Counted from the first letter of the stretch, positions 39,180-49,721 are shown. The stretch is DNA of 60,480 nucleotides from Pseudomonadales bacterium (GCA_035433265.1 DAORUQ010000001.1:8954-69433), one strand, 5' to 3'. The notes: a model not told the origin generated them from the letters alone. Made by a program: numbers and translations.

Positions 39180-40304
39180 TCAGGCTTTGGCAATGAGGCT
39201 CCCGGCGGCGGAATCGCGCGCCGCGGCCTGCTCGGCCAGCGCGGCGCGGATTGTCTGCTCGAGATCGTCGATCAGCGAGCCGGACTCCACCTTGTGATGT
39301 GGCTTGCCGCCGACGAACACCAGGTTGCGCGGCGCGCTGCCGGTGACGCCCACGTGGGCCTCGCGCGATTCCCCGGGTCCGTTGACGTAGCAGCCGATGA
39401 CCGCCACGTCGAGCGGCTCGCGCACGTCCTCGAGGCGACGCTCGAGCTCGTTCATCGTCGCGATCACGTCGAAGTTCTGCCGCGAGCAGCTCGGGCAGGC
39501 CACGAAGTTTATGCCCTTGGCGCGCAGGCGCATGCTTTTCAGGATGTCCCAGCCGACCTTCACTTCCTCGACCGGGTCGGCCGCGAGCGAGATGCGGATG
39601 GTGTCGCCGATGCCGTCCATCAGCAGCATCCCGAGCCCCACGGATGACTTCACGGTGCCCGCGCGCAGGCCGCCGGCCTCGGTGATGCCAAGATGCAGCG
39701 GCTGCTCGATCTGCGGCGCGAGCTTGCGGTAGGCCTCGACCGTCATGTAGATGTCGGAGGCCTTCAGGCTGACCTTGAAGTCGTGGAAATCGTGCTTGTC
39801 GAGGATGTCGATGTGGCGCAGCGCCGACTCCACCATCGCGTCGGCGCAGGGCTCCGGGTACTTGCGCTGCAGTTCCTTCTCCAGCGAGCCGGCGTTCACG
39901 CCGATACGGATCGGGATGCCGTTGTCGCGCGCCGCCGCGATCACCGCGCTCACGCGATCCTCGCGCCCGATGTTGCCCGGGTTGATGCGCAGGCAGTCCA
40001 CGCCGGTCTTCGCCACGGCGAGCGCGATCTTGTAGTCGAAGTGGATGTCCGCCACCAGCGGCACGCCGACCTGCGGGCGGATCTTCGCGAAGGCGGCCGC
40101 GGCATCCATGCTCGGCACCGAGACGCGCACGATGTCGGCGCCCGCGGCGGCCAGCTGATTGATCTGCCCGACCGTGGCCGCGACATCGCAGGTCTCGGTG
40201 TTGGTCATGCTCTGCACCGAGATCGGCGCATCGCCCCCGACCGGGACCGAACCGACCATGATGCGGCGCGAGCGCCGGCGCACGATGGGTGATGGATGCA
40301 GCAT
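39180..40304 (-). CDS. ispG: 4-hydroxy-3-methylbut-2-en-1-yl diphosphate synthase (flavodoxin)
   Basis: [28 protein letters not shown] and the C-terminal cysteines ACPSCSR ... GCYVNGPGE. Confidence 0.95.
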   Translation of the reverse strand: MLHPSPIVRRRSRRIMVGSVPVGGDAPISVQSMTNTETCDVAATVGQINQLAAAGADIVRVSVPSMDAAAAFAKIRPQVGVPLVADIHFDYKIALAVAKTGVDCLRINPGNIGREDRVSAVIAAARDNGIPIRIGVNAGSLEKELQRKYPEPCADAMVESALRHIDILDKHDFHDFKVSLKASDIYMTVEAYRKLAPQIEQPLHLGITEAGGLRAGTVKSSVGLGMLLMDGIGDTIRISLAADPVEEVKVGWDILKSMRLRAKGINFVACPSCSRQNFDVIATMNELERRLEDVREPLDVAVIGCYVNGPGESREAHVGVTGSAPRNLVFVGGKPHHKVESGSLIDDLEQTIRAALAEQAAARDSAAGSLIAKA

Positions 40305-40317
40305 GGGCGGCGCTGCC

Positions 40318-40815
40318 TCAGGGTGCGGCGCGCGGCGGCGCGAGCAGCGGCACCACCTGCGGCCCGCTGGCGGTGTCGACGGTCACCGCGGCGGTGCCCG
40401 GCTCGCGCACGGCGGCCTGCGGCTCGCGATTCTGGAACAGGAACAGCGCGCTCACGGCGAGCAGCGCCAGCACCATGCCCACGCGCCCGGCACCCGAGGC
40501 GCCGCGCCAGCGGTCGCGCTTGGCCACGCTCGCACGCTTCTCGGTCTTGCCCGCGGGGCTCGTCACGCGCAGGCGCGACAGCACCTCGTCGGCGTCGATG
40601 CCGAGCAGCCGCGCGTAGTTGCGCAGGTAGCCGCGCACGAAGGTCTCGCCGCGGATGCGGTCGTAGCAGTCCTTCTCCAGCGAGTTCACCACGGACTGCA
40701 GCAGGTGCAGCCTGTCGGCGACCTGCTCCACGCTCATCCCCGCGGACTCGCGCGCCGCGCGCAGCATGGCGCCGGGGCTGCGCTGATCCGTGCTCGACGT
40801 GTCTTCCTGGGCCAT
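40318..40815 (-). CDS. rodZ: RodZ-like HTH membrane protein, short form (165 aa)
   Basis: XRE-like HTH ([31 protein letters not shown]) followed by [16 protein letters not shown] and one TM ([16 protein letters not shown]). Only about 35 residues follow the TM. Confidence 0.7.
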   Translation of the reverse strand: MAQEDTSSTDQRSPGAMLRAARESAGMSVEQVADRLHLLQSVVNSLEKDCYDRIRGETFVRGYLRNYARLLGIDADEVLSRLRVTSPAGKTEKRASVAKRDRWRGASGAGRVGMVLALLAVSALFLFQNREPQAAVREPGTAAVTVDTASGPQVVPLLAPPRAAP

Positions 40816-40821
40816 GTTGTG

Positions 40822-41604
40822 TCAGCGCTCGCTGGAAGTACTGGAGAACTCCCGGTATTCCGCGGAATCCGGGTACATGCTTTTCAGCTGCAGGGAGTAG
40901 CTGGCCTCGGCATCGCGATCGCCCGCCAGGCGCGCGAGGCGGATGCCGAGCAGCAGGCTGCGCGGCGTCTGGCGCGGCGCCAGGCGCCGGAACTGCTCGT
41001 AATAGCGCGCCGCCTGCTCATGGTCGCCGCGGTCGTAGTTGATCGCGGCGAGCTCGAGCATCGCCGGCCACTGGCGCCGGTCCATCTTGACCGCGCGCGC
41101 GAGCGCTTCCTCGGCCTTCGCGGTCTCGCCCACCTTCTGGTAGGCGCGCCCGAGGTTCGCGAACGCCGCGCCGCGCGATTCGTACAGCGTGTCCGCCACC
41201 ACCTGCTCTAGCTCGCGGATCGCGCCGCGCGTGTCGCCACGCTCGTAGAGGAAGGCGGCGTAGTTGTTGCGCGCGCGCGAGAACTTCGGGTCGGAGGCGA
41301 TCGCCTTGCGAAAGTGCTCCTGGGCCAGCTCGTATTCGCCGGTCTTCCAGAACACCTGTGCCAGCGTGTCGTGCACCGGCGCGGCGTTCGGGTCGAGCTC
41401 CAGCGCGCGCTTGAGGTGCACGATCGCCTTTTCCGTGTTGCCCTGGTTCAGGTAATCGGTCGCGGCCTTGACGCGACTGGCCACCTCGGCCTGCTTGTCG
41501 GCCTTGAACGTGGAATTGGTGGTGGTCACGCAGCCCTGCACGAGCAGCGCCAGCACGAGCGGCGCCAGCAGCCGGATCCACGGGCCCGGGCCACGCGCGC
41601 TCAT
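40822..41604 (-). CDS. pilW: type IV pilus biogenesis/stability TPR lipoprotein PilW (PilF in Pseudomonas)
   Basis: Lipobox LLVQGC followed by TPR repeats. Conserved position between rlmN and rodZ. ATGA overlap with the rlmN stop. Confidence 0.8.
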   Translation of the reverse strand: MSARGPGPWIRLLAPLVLALLVQGCVTTTNSTFKADKQAEVASRVKAATDYLNQGNTEKAIVHLKRALELDPNAAPVHDTLAQVFWKTGEYELAQEHFRKAIASDPKFSRARNNYAAFLYERGDTRGAIRELEQVVADTLYESRGAAFANLGRAYQKVGETAKAEEALARAVKMDRRQWPAMLELAAINYDRGDHEQAARYYEQFRRLAPRQTPRSLLLGIRLARLAGDRDAEASYSLQLKSMYPDSAEYREFSSTSSER

Positions 41605-42761
41605 GCGCGAACCCCCGGCGCGCGATCGCAGGCAAGCGCCGCGCGATGGCGCGCGCTGCGCCGCGTGCGGTCCTGCACCTGGCCGACCAGCTGCCCGCAG
41701 GCGGCGTCGATGTCGTCACCGCGCGTGGTGCGCACCGTGACGCGGTGCCCGGCCTCCGTGAGGACGCTCCAGAAGCGGCTCACGGCATTGCGGCTCGGTC
41801 GCTCGTAGGACGATTGCGGGAAGGGGTTGAAGGGAATCAGGTTGATCTTGCACGGATAGCCGCGCAGCAGGGCCGCGAGCTCGCGCGCCTGTTCGACGCT
41901 GTCGTTGACACCCTTGAGCAGCGTGTACTCGACCGTGATCACGCGCTTGCTGTCGGTCTGCGCGTCCATGTAGCCGCGCGCGGCATCGAGCAGGCTCGCG
42001 ATCGGGTAGCGGCGGTTGACCGGCACCAGCTGGTCGCGCAAGGCGTCGTTGGGGGCGTGCAGGGAGATCGCGAGCGAGGCTTCGCTGACGGCGGCCAGGC
42101 GCTCGAGCGCCGGCACCACGCCCGCGGTGCTCAGCGTCACGCGGCGCTTGGAGATCCCGTAAGCGAAGTCGTCCATCATGAGATCCATCGCCGCCACGAC
42201 ATTGTCGAAGTTTAGCAGAGGCTCTCCCATGCCCATCATCACCACGTTGGTGATGCTGCGCTGGCCACCGCGCTTGGGCAGGCCAAAGGAACGCGCCGCG
42301 ATCCAGACCTGCCCGATGATCTCGGCGGCCGTGAGGTCGCGCTGGAAGCCCTGCTTGCCGGTGGAGCAGAAACTGCAGTCGAGCGCGCAACCCACCTGCG
42401 AGGACACGCACAGCGTGCCGCGCCCGTCCTCGGGGATGAACACCGTCTCGACACAGCTGCCGCCGGTGACGCGCACCAGCCACTTGCGCGTGCCGTCGGC
42501 GGAGATGTGCTCCTCGGCCACCTCCGGCGCGCGCACCTCGGCGCACTGCGCCAGCCGCTCGCGCAGCTTGCGGCTGATGTCGGTCATCTGCTCGAAGGAA
42601 TCCACGCCCTGGTGGTAGATCCACTTGAACAGCTGCTGCGCCCGGTAGGGCTTTTCGCCCAGCGCGACCAGGAACTCCTCCATGCGCGCGCGCGGCATGC
42701 CCAGCAGGTTGACCCGTGCCGGGGGCGTGTCGCTCGCGATCAGGGCGGCGGAGTTTTCCAT
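41601..42761 (-). CDS. rlmN: 23S rRNA (adenine2503-C2)-methyltransferase, radical SAM
   Basis: Trimmed to [10 protein letters not shown]...[26 protein letters not shown] radical SAM cluster motif. GMGEPLLN. Confidence 0.95.
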   Translation of the reverse strand: MENSAALIASDTPPARVNLLGMPRARMEEFLVALGEKPYRAQQLFKWIYHQGVDSFEQMTDISRKLRERLAQCAEVRAPEVAEEHISADGTRKWLVRVTGGSCVETVFIPEDGRGTLCVSSQVGCALDCSFCSTGKQGFQRDLTAAEIIGQVWIAARSFGLPKRGGQRSITNVVMMGMGEPLLNFDNVVAAMDLMMDDFAYGISKRRVTLSTAGVVPALERLAAVSEASLAISLHAPNDALRDQLVPVNRRYPIASLLDAARGYMDAQTDSKRVITVEYTLLKGVNDSVEQARELAALLRGYPCKINLIPFNPFPQSSYERPSRNAVSRFWSVLTEAGHRVTVRTTRGDDIDAACGQLVGQVQDRTRRSARHRAALACDRAPGVRA

Positions 42762-42780
42762 GGACGACAGCGCCGACGCC

Positions 42781-43209
42781 TCAGGCGCGATCGCACAGCT
42801 CGGTGGCGGCGAAGAAATACGCGATCTCGCGCGCCGCGGAAGCGGTCGAGTCCGAGCCGTGCACCGCATTGGCGTCGATGCTCTGGGCGAAGTCGGCGCG
42901 GATCGTGCCCGGGGCCGCGTCCTTCGGGTTGGTCGCGCCCATCAGCTCGCGGTTCTTCGCCACGGCGTTCTCGCCCTCCAGCACCTGCACCAGTACCGGG
43001 CCCGAGGTCATGAACTCGACCAGCGCCGGGTAGAACGGACGGCCCTTGTGCTCGGCATAGAAGCCGCCGGCGGTGGCGTCGGTCAGGCGCAGCATCTTCG
43101 CGGCCACGACGCGCAGGCCGTTCTTCTCGAAACGCGAGAGGATTTCGCCGACGACGTTCTTCGCCACGGCGTCAGGCTTGATGATCGAAAGGGTGCGCTC
43201 GAGGGTCAT
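42781..43209 (-). CDS. ndk: nucleoside-diphosphate kinase
   Basis: [15 protein letters not shown] ... NAVHGSDS (active-site His). 142 aa. Confidence 0.95.
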   Translation of the reverse strand: MTLERTLSIIKPDAVAKNVVGEILSRFEKNGLRVVAAKMLRLTDATAGGFYAEHKGRPFYPALVEFMTSGPVLVQVLEGENAVAKNRELMGATNPKDAAPGTIRADFAQSIDANAVHGSDSTASAAREIAYFFAATELCDRA

Positions 43210-43226
43210 TCGGTACTCCGGATCGT

Positions 43227-43254
43227 GAAAAGGGTGCGGCAGCCGCGCCGCACC
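43227..43254 (-). terminator. GC hairpin + short U-tract between iscS and ndk (terminator or 5'-UTR structure)
   Basis: The minus strand reads GGTGCGGC-GCGGCT-GCCGCACC followed by CTTTTC. It lies 18 nt upstream of the ndk ATG and downstream of a TATAAT hexamer. Confidence 0.35.
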
Positions 43255-43271
43255 GGCCAAAAAGGAGCGGC

Positions 43272-43277
43272 ATTATA
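43272..43277 (-). promoter_or_regulatory. exact TATAAT hexamer, candidate ndk -10 box
   Basis: The minus strand reads gtgcgTATAATgccg in the iscS-ndk spacer. An exact TATAAT is rare in this GC-rich sequence. Confidence 0.35.
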
Positions 43278-43331
43278 CGCACCGCGCGGCCCCCCCCGGT
43301 AAGGGGCATCAGGCCGCGATAATGCCGGCTT

Positions 43332-44510
43332 TCAGGCCAGCATCCCCGGCTCCGGCACCGCGCTGCCCCGCAGCCGCGTCACGGCCCGGCGGATGGTATC
43401 GGCCGCCAGCGCGACATCTTCATCGGTGCTGAAGCGCCCGAGGCTGAAGCGCAATGACGCATGCGCCAGCTCGTCGCCCAGTCCTATGGCACGCAAAACG
43501 TGGGAAGGTTCCAGGCTGGCCGAGGTGCAGGCCGAACCCGAGGACACCGCGATGTCCTTCATCGCCATGATCATCGACTCGCCCTCCACGCCGGCGAACC
43601 GCACGTTCAGCGCCCCGGCCACGCGCCGTGCCGGGTCGCCGTTCTGTCCCACGCCCCCCAGGTCCGCGATGGACGCCCACAGCCGGTCGCGCAGCGCCGC
43701 GATGCGCCCGGCCTCGGCCTGCATTTCGGCGCGCGCCAGGCGCGCCGCCTCGCCCATGCCGACGATCTGGTGGGTGGGCAGCGTGCCGGAACGCATGCCG
43801 CGCTCATGGCCGCCGCCGTGCATCTGCGCCTCCAGCCAGACCCGCGGCAGGCGCCGCACGTACAGCGCCCCCACACCCTTGGGGCCGTACATCTTGTGCG
43901 CCGACAGCGAGGCCAGGTCGACCGGAAGCGCCGCGAGGTCGATCGGGAGCTTGCCCGCGCCCTGGGCGGCATCGACGTGGAACACGATGCCGCGCTCGCG
44001 GCACAGCGCGCCGAGGGCGGCGATGTCGTTGACGGTGCCGAGCTCGTTGTTCACGTGCATCACGCTCACGAGGATCGTGTCCTCGCGCAGCAGCGGCGCC
44101 AGCGCGGCGGGCTGCACGATGCCGCCGGCGTCCGGGGCCACGTAGCTCAGCTCGAAACCCTCCGTCTCCAGCTGGCGGCAGCTGTCGAGCACCGCCTTGT
44201 GCTCGATCGTCGAGGTGACGATGTGCCGCCCCTTGCGCCGGTTGAAGTGCGCTACACCCTTTAGCGCCAGGTTGTCGGCCTCGGTCGCCCCGCTGGTCCA
44301 GACGATCTCGCGCGGATCGGCGCCCACCAGCTCGGCCACCTCGCGCCGCGCCTGCTCCACGGCCTCCTCGGCGCGCCAGCCGTAGATGTGCGAGCGCGAG
44401 GAGGGATTGCCGAAATTGCCGTCGATGGTCAGGCATTGCGCCATGCACGCGGCCACGCGCGGATCCACCGGCGTGGTCGCGAGGTAGTCGAGGTAGACGG
44501 GCAGGCGCAT
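43332..44510 (-). CDS. iscS: cysteine desulfurase (IscS/NifS group I), short C-terminus
   Basis: Trimmed to [22 protein letters not shown]-Lys context [18 protein letters not shown]. Active-site loop [19 protein letters not shown]. 392 aa. Confidence 0.9.
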   Translation of the reverse strand: MRLPVYLDYLATTPVDPRVAACMAQCLTIDGNFGNPSSRSHIYGWRAEEAVEQARREVAELVGADPREIVWTSGATEADNLALKGVAHFNRRKGRHIVTSTIEHKAVLDSCRQLETEGFELSYVAPDAGGIVQPAALAPLLREDTILVSVMHVNNELGTVNDIAALGALCRERGIVFHVDAAQGAGKLPIDLAALPVDLASLSAHKMYGPKGVGALYVRRLPRVWLEAQMHGGGHERGMRSGTLPTHQIVGMGEAARLARAEMQAEAGRIAALRDRLWASIADLGGVGQNGDPARRVAGALNVRFAGVEGESMIMAMKDIAVSSGSACTSASLEPSHVLRAIGLGDELAHASLRFSLGRFSTDEDVALAADTIRRAVTRLRGSAVPEPGMLA

Positions 44511-44533
44511 CGCGGGGAGTGGCCGGCAGGCTC

Positions 44534-45028
44534 TCAGTTCAGCGCGGTGACGCTGATATCGCCCGCCACGCGCTCGCGCGAGCCGTGGGTCCCGCGCTCG
44601 TGCTGGCGCCGCGAGACCCGCTGCACATCGCTGCGCGCGACCAGTTCGCCCAGCGTGATGCCGTTGAGGAAGGAATGGATCTGTTCGCTGAGGTCGTTCC
44701 ACAGCGTGTGGGTCAGGCAGATTTCACCCTGCTGGCAGCCGCCCTTGCCCTCGCAGGCCGTGGCTTCGTAGCTCTCGTTCACGGCATCGATGATCGAGGC
44801 GACGCTGATCTCGGCTCCCGGACGCTGCAGGCGATAGCCGCCACCGGGGCCGCGCACGCTGCTCACCAGCCCGCTGCGGCGCAGGCGCGCGAACAGCTGT
44901 TCCAGGTAGGAGAGCGAGATTTCCTGGCGCCCGGAGATATCGGACAGGCTCACCGGACCCCCGCCCTCGTGCAGCGCGAGATCGAGCATCGCGGTCACGG
45001 CATAACGTCCCTTGGTGGTCAGGCGCAT
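44534..45028 (-). CDS. iscR: Fe-S cluster assembly transcriptional regulator IscR (Rrf2 family)
   Basis: [29 protein letters not shown], and cluster-ligand cysteines in [19 protein letters not shown]. Confidence 0.9.
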   Translation of the reverse strand: MRLTTKGRYAVTAMLDLALHEGGGPVSLSDISGRQEISLSYLEQLFARLRRSGLVSSVRGPGGGYRLQRPGAEISVASIIDAVNESYEATACEGKGGCQQGEICLTHTLWNDLSEQIHSFLNGITLGELVARSDVQRVSRRQHERGTHGSRERVAGDISVTALN

Positions 45029-45082
45029 CGTGGGTTCCTGGCGTGGATTCGGGTCCCAGTATTCGTATTCCGAGTGTGGCAG

Positions 45083-45871
45083 TCAAGAATTGGGCGGGGA
45101 TGCGCGCTGCGCCTCGGCGCGGGTCTTGCCGATCTCGGTGAGGATCCCGCGCAGGATATTGAGCTCCATCTGGTCCATCCGCACGCGGTTGAACAACCGG
45201 CGCAGGCGCGTCATCAGCTGGCGCGGCGCGGCCGGATTGAGGAAGCCGATATCGGCCAGCGTCGCGTCGAGGTGCTCGTAGAAACGCTCCATGCCCTCGA
45301 CGGTCGCGAGCGGCTCGTCCCAGTCCGGCGCCGTCAGCGCTCCCTGCTGCTCCAGCGCGGTCATGCGCAGCTCGTAGCACAGCAGCTGCACCGCGGCGGC
45401 CAGGTTGAGCGAGCTGTAGTCGGCGCTGGTGGGCACGTGCACGTGCCAGTGGCACAGCCGCAACTCCTCGTTGCTGAGCCCGGAGTCCTCGCGCCCGAAC
45501 ACCAGCGCGATCTCCTCGCCGCGACGCTCCCCGAGGCACAGCGGTCCCAGCTCGCGCGGCCCGAGCTGCGGCAGCTGGATGCGCCGCTCGCGCGCGCTGG
45601 TGCCGATCACCAGGCTGCAGTCGGCCACGGCCTCCGCCAGCGAGGCCGTGACCACCGCGGATTCGAGCAGGTCCACGGCCTGCACCGCGCGGTAGGTGGC
45701 CTCGCGGTGAGGGAATTCGACCGGGGCGGCGAGGTACAGGCGCCGCAACCCCATGTTCTTCATCGCGCGCGCCGCCGCGCCGATGTTGCCCGAATGCACC
45801 GTGCCCACCAGCACGACGCGCACCCGCGCGAGCAATTGCCCGATTGCGGCCTCGTCCGTCGTCTCGCTCAT
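45083..45871 (-). CDS. trmJ: tRNA (cytidine/uridine-2'-O-)-methyltransferase TrmJ (SpoU family)
   Basis: VRVVLVGTVHSGNIGAAARAMKNMG ... LVFGREDSGLSNEEL ... SLNLAAAVQLLCYE. Confidence 0.85.
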   Translation of the reverse strand: MSETTDEAAIGQLLARVRVVLVGTVHSGNIGAAARAMKNMGLRRLYLAAPVEFPHREATYRAVQAVDLLESAVVTASLAEAVADCSLVIGTSARERRIQLPQLGPRELGPLCLGERRGEEIALVFGREDSGLSNEELRLCHWHVHVPTSADYSSLNLAAAVQLLCYELRMTALEQQGALTAPDWDEPLATVEGMERFYEHLDATLADIGFLNPAAPRQLMTRLRRLFNRVRMDQMELNILRGILTEIGKTRAEAQRASPPNS

Positions 45872-45994
45872 TACCGTCCCTTGCGTCCGAAAGCGTGCAT
45901 TTTGCGCGGCCCGTTCCGTCCTGCAAAGCTCCGCGCGGCCGTGCTGCTATAATCGCGCGCCCTTTTCGGGGTCCGCACAAGGAGCTTCCCGCCC

Positions 45995-46804
45995 ATGCAT
46001 CCCATGGTCAATATCGCACTCGCGGCCGCCCGCAAGGCAGGCGAGATCATCGCGCGCGCGGCCGACCGGCTCGACATGATCGAGGTGGGACGCAAGTCCG
46101 GCAACGATTTCGTGACCGAGATCGACAAGGCCGCCGAGCGCGAGATCATCACCCAGCTGCGCAGGGCCTACCCCGATCACCTGATACTCGCCGAGGAGAG
46201 CGGCGCCTCGGGCGACGCCGCGCGCGCCGGCGGTTACCAGTGGATCATCGATCCGCTGGACGGCACCACCAACTTCATGCGCGGCATCCCGCACTTCGCG
46301 GTCTCGATCGCCTGCGTGCGCGACGGCCGCCTCGAGCACGCCGTGGTCCTCGACCCGGTGCGCCGCGAGGAGTTCACCGCCACGCGCGGCCAGGGCGCCC
46401 AGCGCAACGGACGTCGCATCCGCGTCAGCACGCGCGCCGGACTCAAGGAAGGGGTGCTCGGCACCGGCATCCCGTTCTGCGAACCCTCGATCCGCCACCT
46501 CCCGGCCTACCTCCAGACCCTGGAGCAGTTCGCCTCGCACACCGCCGGGATCCGCCGCGCCGGCGCCGCCGCGCTCGATCTCGCCTACGTCGCGGCGGGA
46601 CGGCTGGACGGTTTCTGGGAAATGGGGCTCAAGCCCTGGGACATCGCCGCGGGCGCCCTGCTGGTGCAGGAAGCCGGCGGCCTGATCAGCGACTTCGACG
46701 GCGGCAATGACTGGATGGAGAGCGGCCGCATCGTGGCCGCGAACCCCAAGTGCCTCAAGGCGATGCTGCAGGTGATCCGCCCGGCGCTCGGCAGCGCCGC
46801 GTAA
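45995..46804 (+). CDS. suhB: inositol monophosphatase family protein SuhB
   Basis: MHPMVNIALAAARKAG, EES, WIIDPLDGTTNF, WDIAAG motifs. Confidence 0.9.
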   Translation: MHPMVNIALAAARKAGEIIARAADRLDMIEVGRKSGNDFVTEIDKAAEREIITQLRRAYPDHLILAEESGASGDAARAGGYQWIIDPLDGTTNFMRGIPHFAVSIACVRDGRLEHAVVLDPVRREEFTATRGQGAQRNGRRIRVSTRAGLKEGVLGTGIPFCEPSIRHLPAYLQTLEQFASHTAGIRRAGAAALDLAYVAAGRLDGFWEMGLKPWDIAAGALLVQEAGGLISDFDGGNDWMESGRIVAANPKCLKAMLQVIRPALGSAA

Positions 46805-46822
46805 CCGGTAGAAACGGACGGC

Positions 46823-47743
46823 TCAGGGCGTTTCCTGGGCCTCGAGCTTTTCCGGGGCCGGCAGCAGCAGGTCCTTGCGGTCCAGGCCGAGCCACAGCGA
46901 AAACGCCGAGGCGATGTAGATCGTCGAATAGGAACCGGCGATGATCCCCACGAACATGGCCAGCGAGAAACCCTGCAGTTGCGGGCCGCCGGCCACCAGC
47001 ATCGCGACCACCACCAACTGCGTCAACGCAGAGGTCGTGATGGTCCTGCCCAGCGTCTGGGTCAGCGACACGTTGCACACCGTGAAACGGTCCACCCGGC
47101 GCATCTTGCGGAAGTTCTCGCGGACGCGGTCGTAGATCACGATCGTGTCGTTGATCGAATAGCCGACCAGCGACAGCACCGCGGCCAGCGCCGCGAGGTC
47201 GAACTCCCACTGGAAGATCGAGAACAGGCCCACCGTGACCAGCACATCGTGGAAAATCGCCACGATCGCGCCGGTCGCCATCTTCCACTCGTAGCGTATC
47301 GCCACGTAGCCGGCCACCAGCGCCAGTGCGAGCAGCAGCGCGAGCCCACCCTGGTCGCGCAGCTCGTCGCCGATCTGCGCGCCCACGACGTCGGTGCGCT
47401 TGAGCGTCGCGACCCTGGCGCCGCCCACGGCGGCCAGCACCTGCTGCCCGACCGTTGCACTGTCGCCCGGCGGCAGGCGCACCAGCACGTCGCGCTCGGA
47501 GCCGAAATGGACCACGGAGGCGGACTCGAACCCGGCCTGCGCGAGCTGCCCGCTCACCGTGGCCGTCTGCACCTCCTCGCGAAAGCCGAGCTCCACCACG
47601 GTGCCTCCGGTGAAGTCGAGCCCGAGGTTGAGCCCCTGCACCGCCAGCGAGATCAGCCCGGCCAGGCACAGCGCGGCCGACAGCCCCGCCGTCCACGCGC
47701 GCCACTTGAGGAAATCGATGAACTTCGGTTGTTCGTCTTGCAT
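46823..47743 (-). CDS. secF: protein translocase subunit SecF
   Basis: LNLGLDFTGGT, DTIVIYDRVREN, and a six-TM layout. Confidence 0.95.
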   Translation of the reverse strand: MQDEQPKFIDFLKWRAWTAGLSAALCLAGLISLAVQGLNLGLDFTGGTVVELGFREEVQTATVSGQLAQAGFESASVVHFGSERDVLVRLPPGDSATVGQQVLAAVGGARVATLKRTDVVGAQIGDELRDQGGLALLLALALVAGYVAIRYEWKMATGAIVAIFHDVLVTVGLFSIFQWEFDLAALAAVLSLVGYSINDTIVIYDRVRENFRKMRRVDRFTVCNVSLTQTLGRTITTSALTQLVVVAMLVAGGPQLQGFSLAMFVGIIAGSYSTIYIASAFSLWLGLDRKDLLLPAPEKLEAQETP

Positions 47744-47756
47744 ACGCGGTACTTTC

Positions 47757-49619
47757 CTAGATCGAGATCTTCGTGAGGCGACGGCCGCCGTAGACCAGGT
47801 TCGCCAGCGCCCGCGTGACCACCACCGCGGTGAACATCGAGGTCATGATGCCGATCGACAGCGTCACCGCGAACCCGCGCACCGGCCCGGTGCCGATGGC
47901 GTAGAGGATCACGCCCACGATCAGGGTCGTGAGGTTGGAGTCCATGATGGTCAGCCAGGCGCGGTCGTAGCCGGCCCCGATCGCCGAGTGCGGCGGCATG
48001 CCGTTGCGCAGTTCCTCGCGGATGCGCGCGTTGATGATGACGTTCGCATCGACCGCCATGCCCACCGTCAGCACGATGCCGGCGATGCCCGGCAGCGTCA
48101 GCGTCGCCGACAGCAGCGACATCGCCGCGACCAGCAGCAGCACGTTGCTGATCAGCGCCACCACCGCGAACACGCCGAACATGCGGTAGAGCACCAGCGT
48201 GGCGATGAACACCAGCGCCGCCCCGATCATCAGCGACTGCACGCCCATGCGGATGTTGTCGGCGCCGAGCGACGGCCCCACGGCGCGCTCCTCGACGAAA
48301 TCGAGCGGTGCCGCCAGCGCGCCGGAACGCAGCAGCAGCGCGAGCTCCGCGGACTCGGCCGGGCTGTCGAGGCCGGTGATGCGGAACTGCGTGCCCAGCG
48401 CCGACTGGATGGTGGCGAGGCTGATGATCTTCTTCTCGTCGTAGCGCTCGAGCACCGGGGTCTCGATGCCATCGGGACCCGTCTCGTAACCCACCGTGCG
48501 GGTCTTGCGCTCGAGGAACAGCACCGCCATGCGCCGCTTGATGTTGTCGCGCGTGGCGCGGTTCATCAGCGTGCCGCCCTGGCTGTCGAGGTTGATGTTG
48601 ACCTGCGGGCGGCCGTTCTCGTCGAAGCTCGACGTGGCACCGGTCACGCGGTCGCCGCCGATGATCAGCTCGCGCTCGAGCCAGGCGCTGCGCTCGCCCG
48701 AGCGCTGGTCGCGGAACTGGAACTGCTCCTTGTCGGAGCTCGCCGCGTCCGGGCGCGCCTCCAGGCGGAACTCGAGGTTGGCGGTCTTGCCGAGGATGCG
48801 CTTGGCCTCGGCGGTGTCCTGCACACCGGGCAGCTCGACCACGATGCGGTTGCGGCCCTGCTTCTGGATCATCGGCTCGGCCACGCCGAGCTCGTTGACG
48901 CGGTTGCGCAGCGTGGTGAGGTTCTGGTTGACCGCGTAGTCCTCCATCTCCTTGATCTGCTGCGCGCCGAGCGTCAGTTGCAGGAGGAACTTGTCGCCGC
49001 GCTCCTCCATCACGCGTTGCAGCTCGGGCATCGCGTCCTGGATCACGCCGACCGCGGCGGTGCGCGTCGCGGCATCGGCGAACGCGGCCTCGATGCGATT
49101 GCCCCCGACCACCCTGACCAGCCCGCGCACGCGTGCCTCGCGCAGCTTGTTCTTGAGATCCGACTCGTAGACCGAGATGCGCTTGGCGACCGCGGCATCG
49201 GTATCGACCTGCAGCAGGAAATGCACGCCGCCGCTCAGGTCGAGGCCGAGCTTGAGCGGCGCGCCGCCGATCGCCGCCAGCCACGCCGGCGTGGTCGGCG
49301 CCAGGTTGAGCGCCACCACGTAATCATCACCCAGCGCGCGCTTGATCACCGACTGCGCGCGCAGCTGGTCCTCGATGCCGGTCAGGCGCAGCAGGGCCGA
49401 ATCGGAGTCGAACTCGCTGCCGACCGTCGCGATCTGCTTGTCCTCGAGCGCCGCGAGCGCCTTGTCCATCACCGGCTGGCCGATCTCCAGCGCGCTGCTC
49501 GCGCCGGAGATCTGGACCGCCGGATCCGGCGGGTAGAGATTCGGCAGCGAGTAAATGGCGCCGAACAGCAGCGCGAACGCGACCAGCAGGTTCTTCCAGA
49601 GGGGATATCGGTTCAGCAT
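47757..49619 (-). CDS. secD: protein translocase subunit SecD
   Basis: Trimmed to MLNRYPLWKNLLV. Contains LGLDLSGGVHFLLQVD, a large periplasmic domain and a C-terminal six-TM bundle. Confidence 0.95.
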   Translation of the reverse strand: MLNRYPLWKNLLVAFALLFGAIYSLPNLYPPDPAVQISGASSALEIGQPVMDKALAALEDKQIATVGSEFDSDSALLRLTGIEDQLRAQSVIKRALGDDYVVALNLAPTTPAWLAAIGGAPLKLGLDLSGGVHFLLQVDTDAAVAKRISVYESDLKNKLREARVRGLVRVVGGNRIEAAFADAATRTAAVGVIQDAMPELQRVMEERGDKFLLQLTLGAQQIKEMEDYAVNQNLTTLRNRVNELGVAEPMIQKQGRNRIVVELPGVQDTAEAKRILGKTANLEFRLEARPDAASSDKEQFQFRDQRSGERSAWLERELIIGGDRVTGATSSFDENGRPQVNINLDSQGGTLMNRATRDNIKRRMAVLFLERKTRTVGYETGPDGIETPVLERYDEKKIISLATIQSALGTQFRITGLDSPAESAELALLLRSGALAAPLDFVEERAVGPSLGADNIRMGVQSLMIGAALVFIATLVLYRMFGVFAVVALISNVLLLVAAMSLLSATLTLPGIAGIVLTVGMAVDANVIINARIREELRNGMPPHSAIGAGYDRAWLTIMDSNLTTLIVGVILYAIGTGPVRGFAVTLSIGIMTSMFTAVVVTRALANLVYGGRRLTKISI

Positions 49620-49685
49620 GCGCGGACAGGGATCCATGGCGTGGATGCGACGACCCCGGCATGTGCCGGGGCCCGAAGGCGCGGG

Positions 49686-49691
49686 ATTATA
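49686..49691 (-). promoter_or_regulatory. exact TATAAT hexamer, candidate secD -10 box
   Basis: The minus strand reads gtggcTATAATcccg. It is followed by the palindrome CCCCGGCA-CA-TGCCGGGG (49654..49671) before the secD start. Confidence 0.35.
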
Positions 49692-49704
49692 GCCACGAGA
49701 AGCA

Positions 49705-49721
49705 GGCGCAACAAATGCGCC
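49705..49721 (-). terminator. hairpin just after the purL stop (weak terminator candidate)
   Basis: The minus strand reads GGCGCA-TTTGT-TGCGCC followed by TGCTTCTC. It begins 4 nt after the purL stop. Confidence 0.3.

Noticed and set aside
45029-45082. IscR type-1 binding site upstream of iscR
   Set aside because: The minus strand has pieces reminiscent of E. coli sites (ACTCGGAAT, ACCCGAATCC). I could not align a full 25-bp ATASYYGACTRWWWYAGTCRRSTAT match, so this is too weak to call without a position weight matrix scan.
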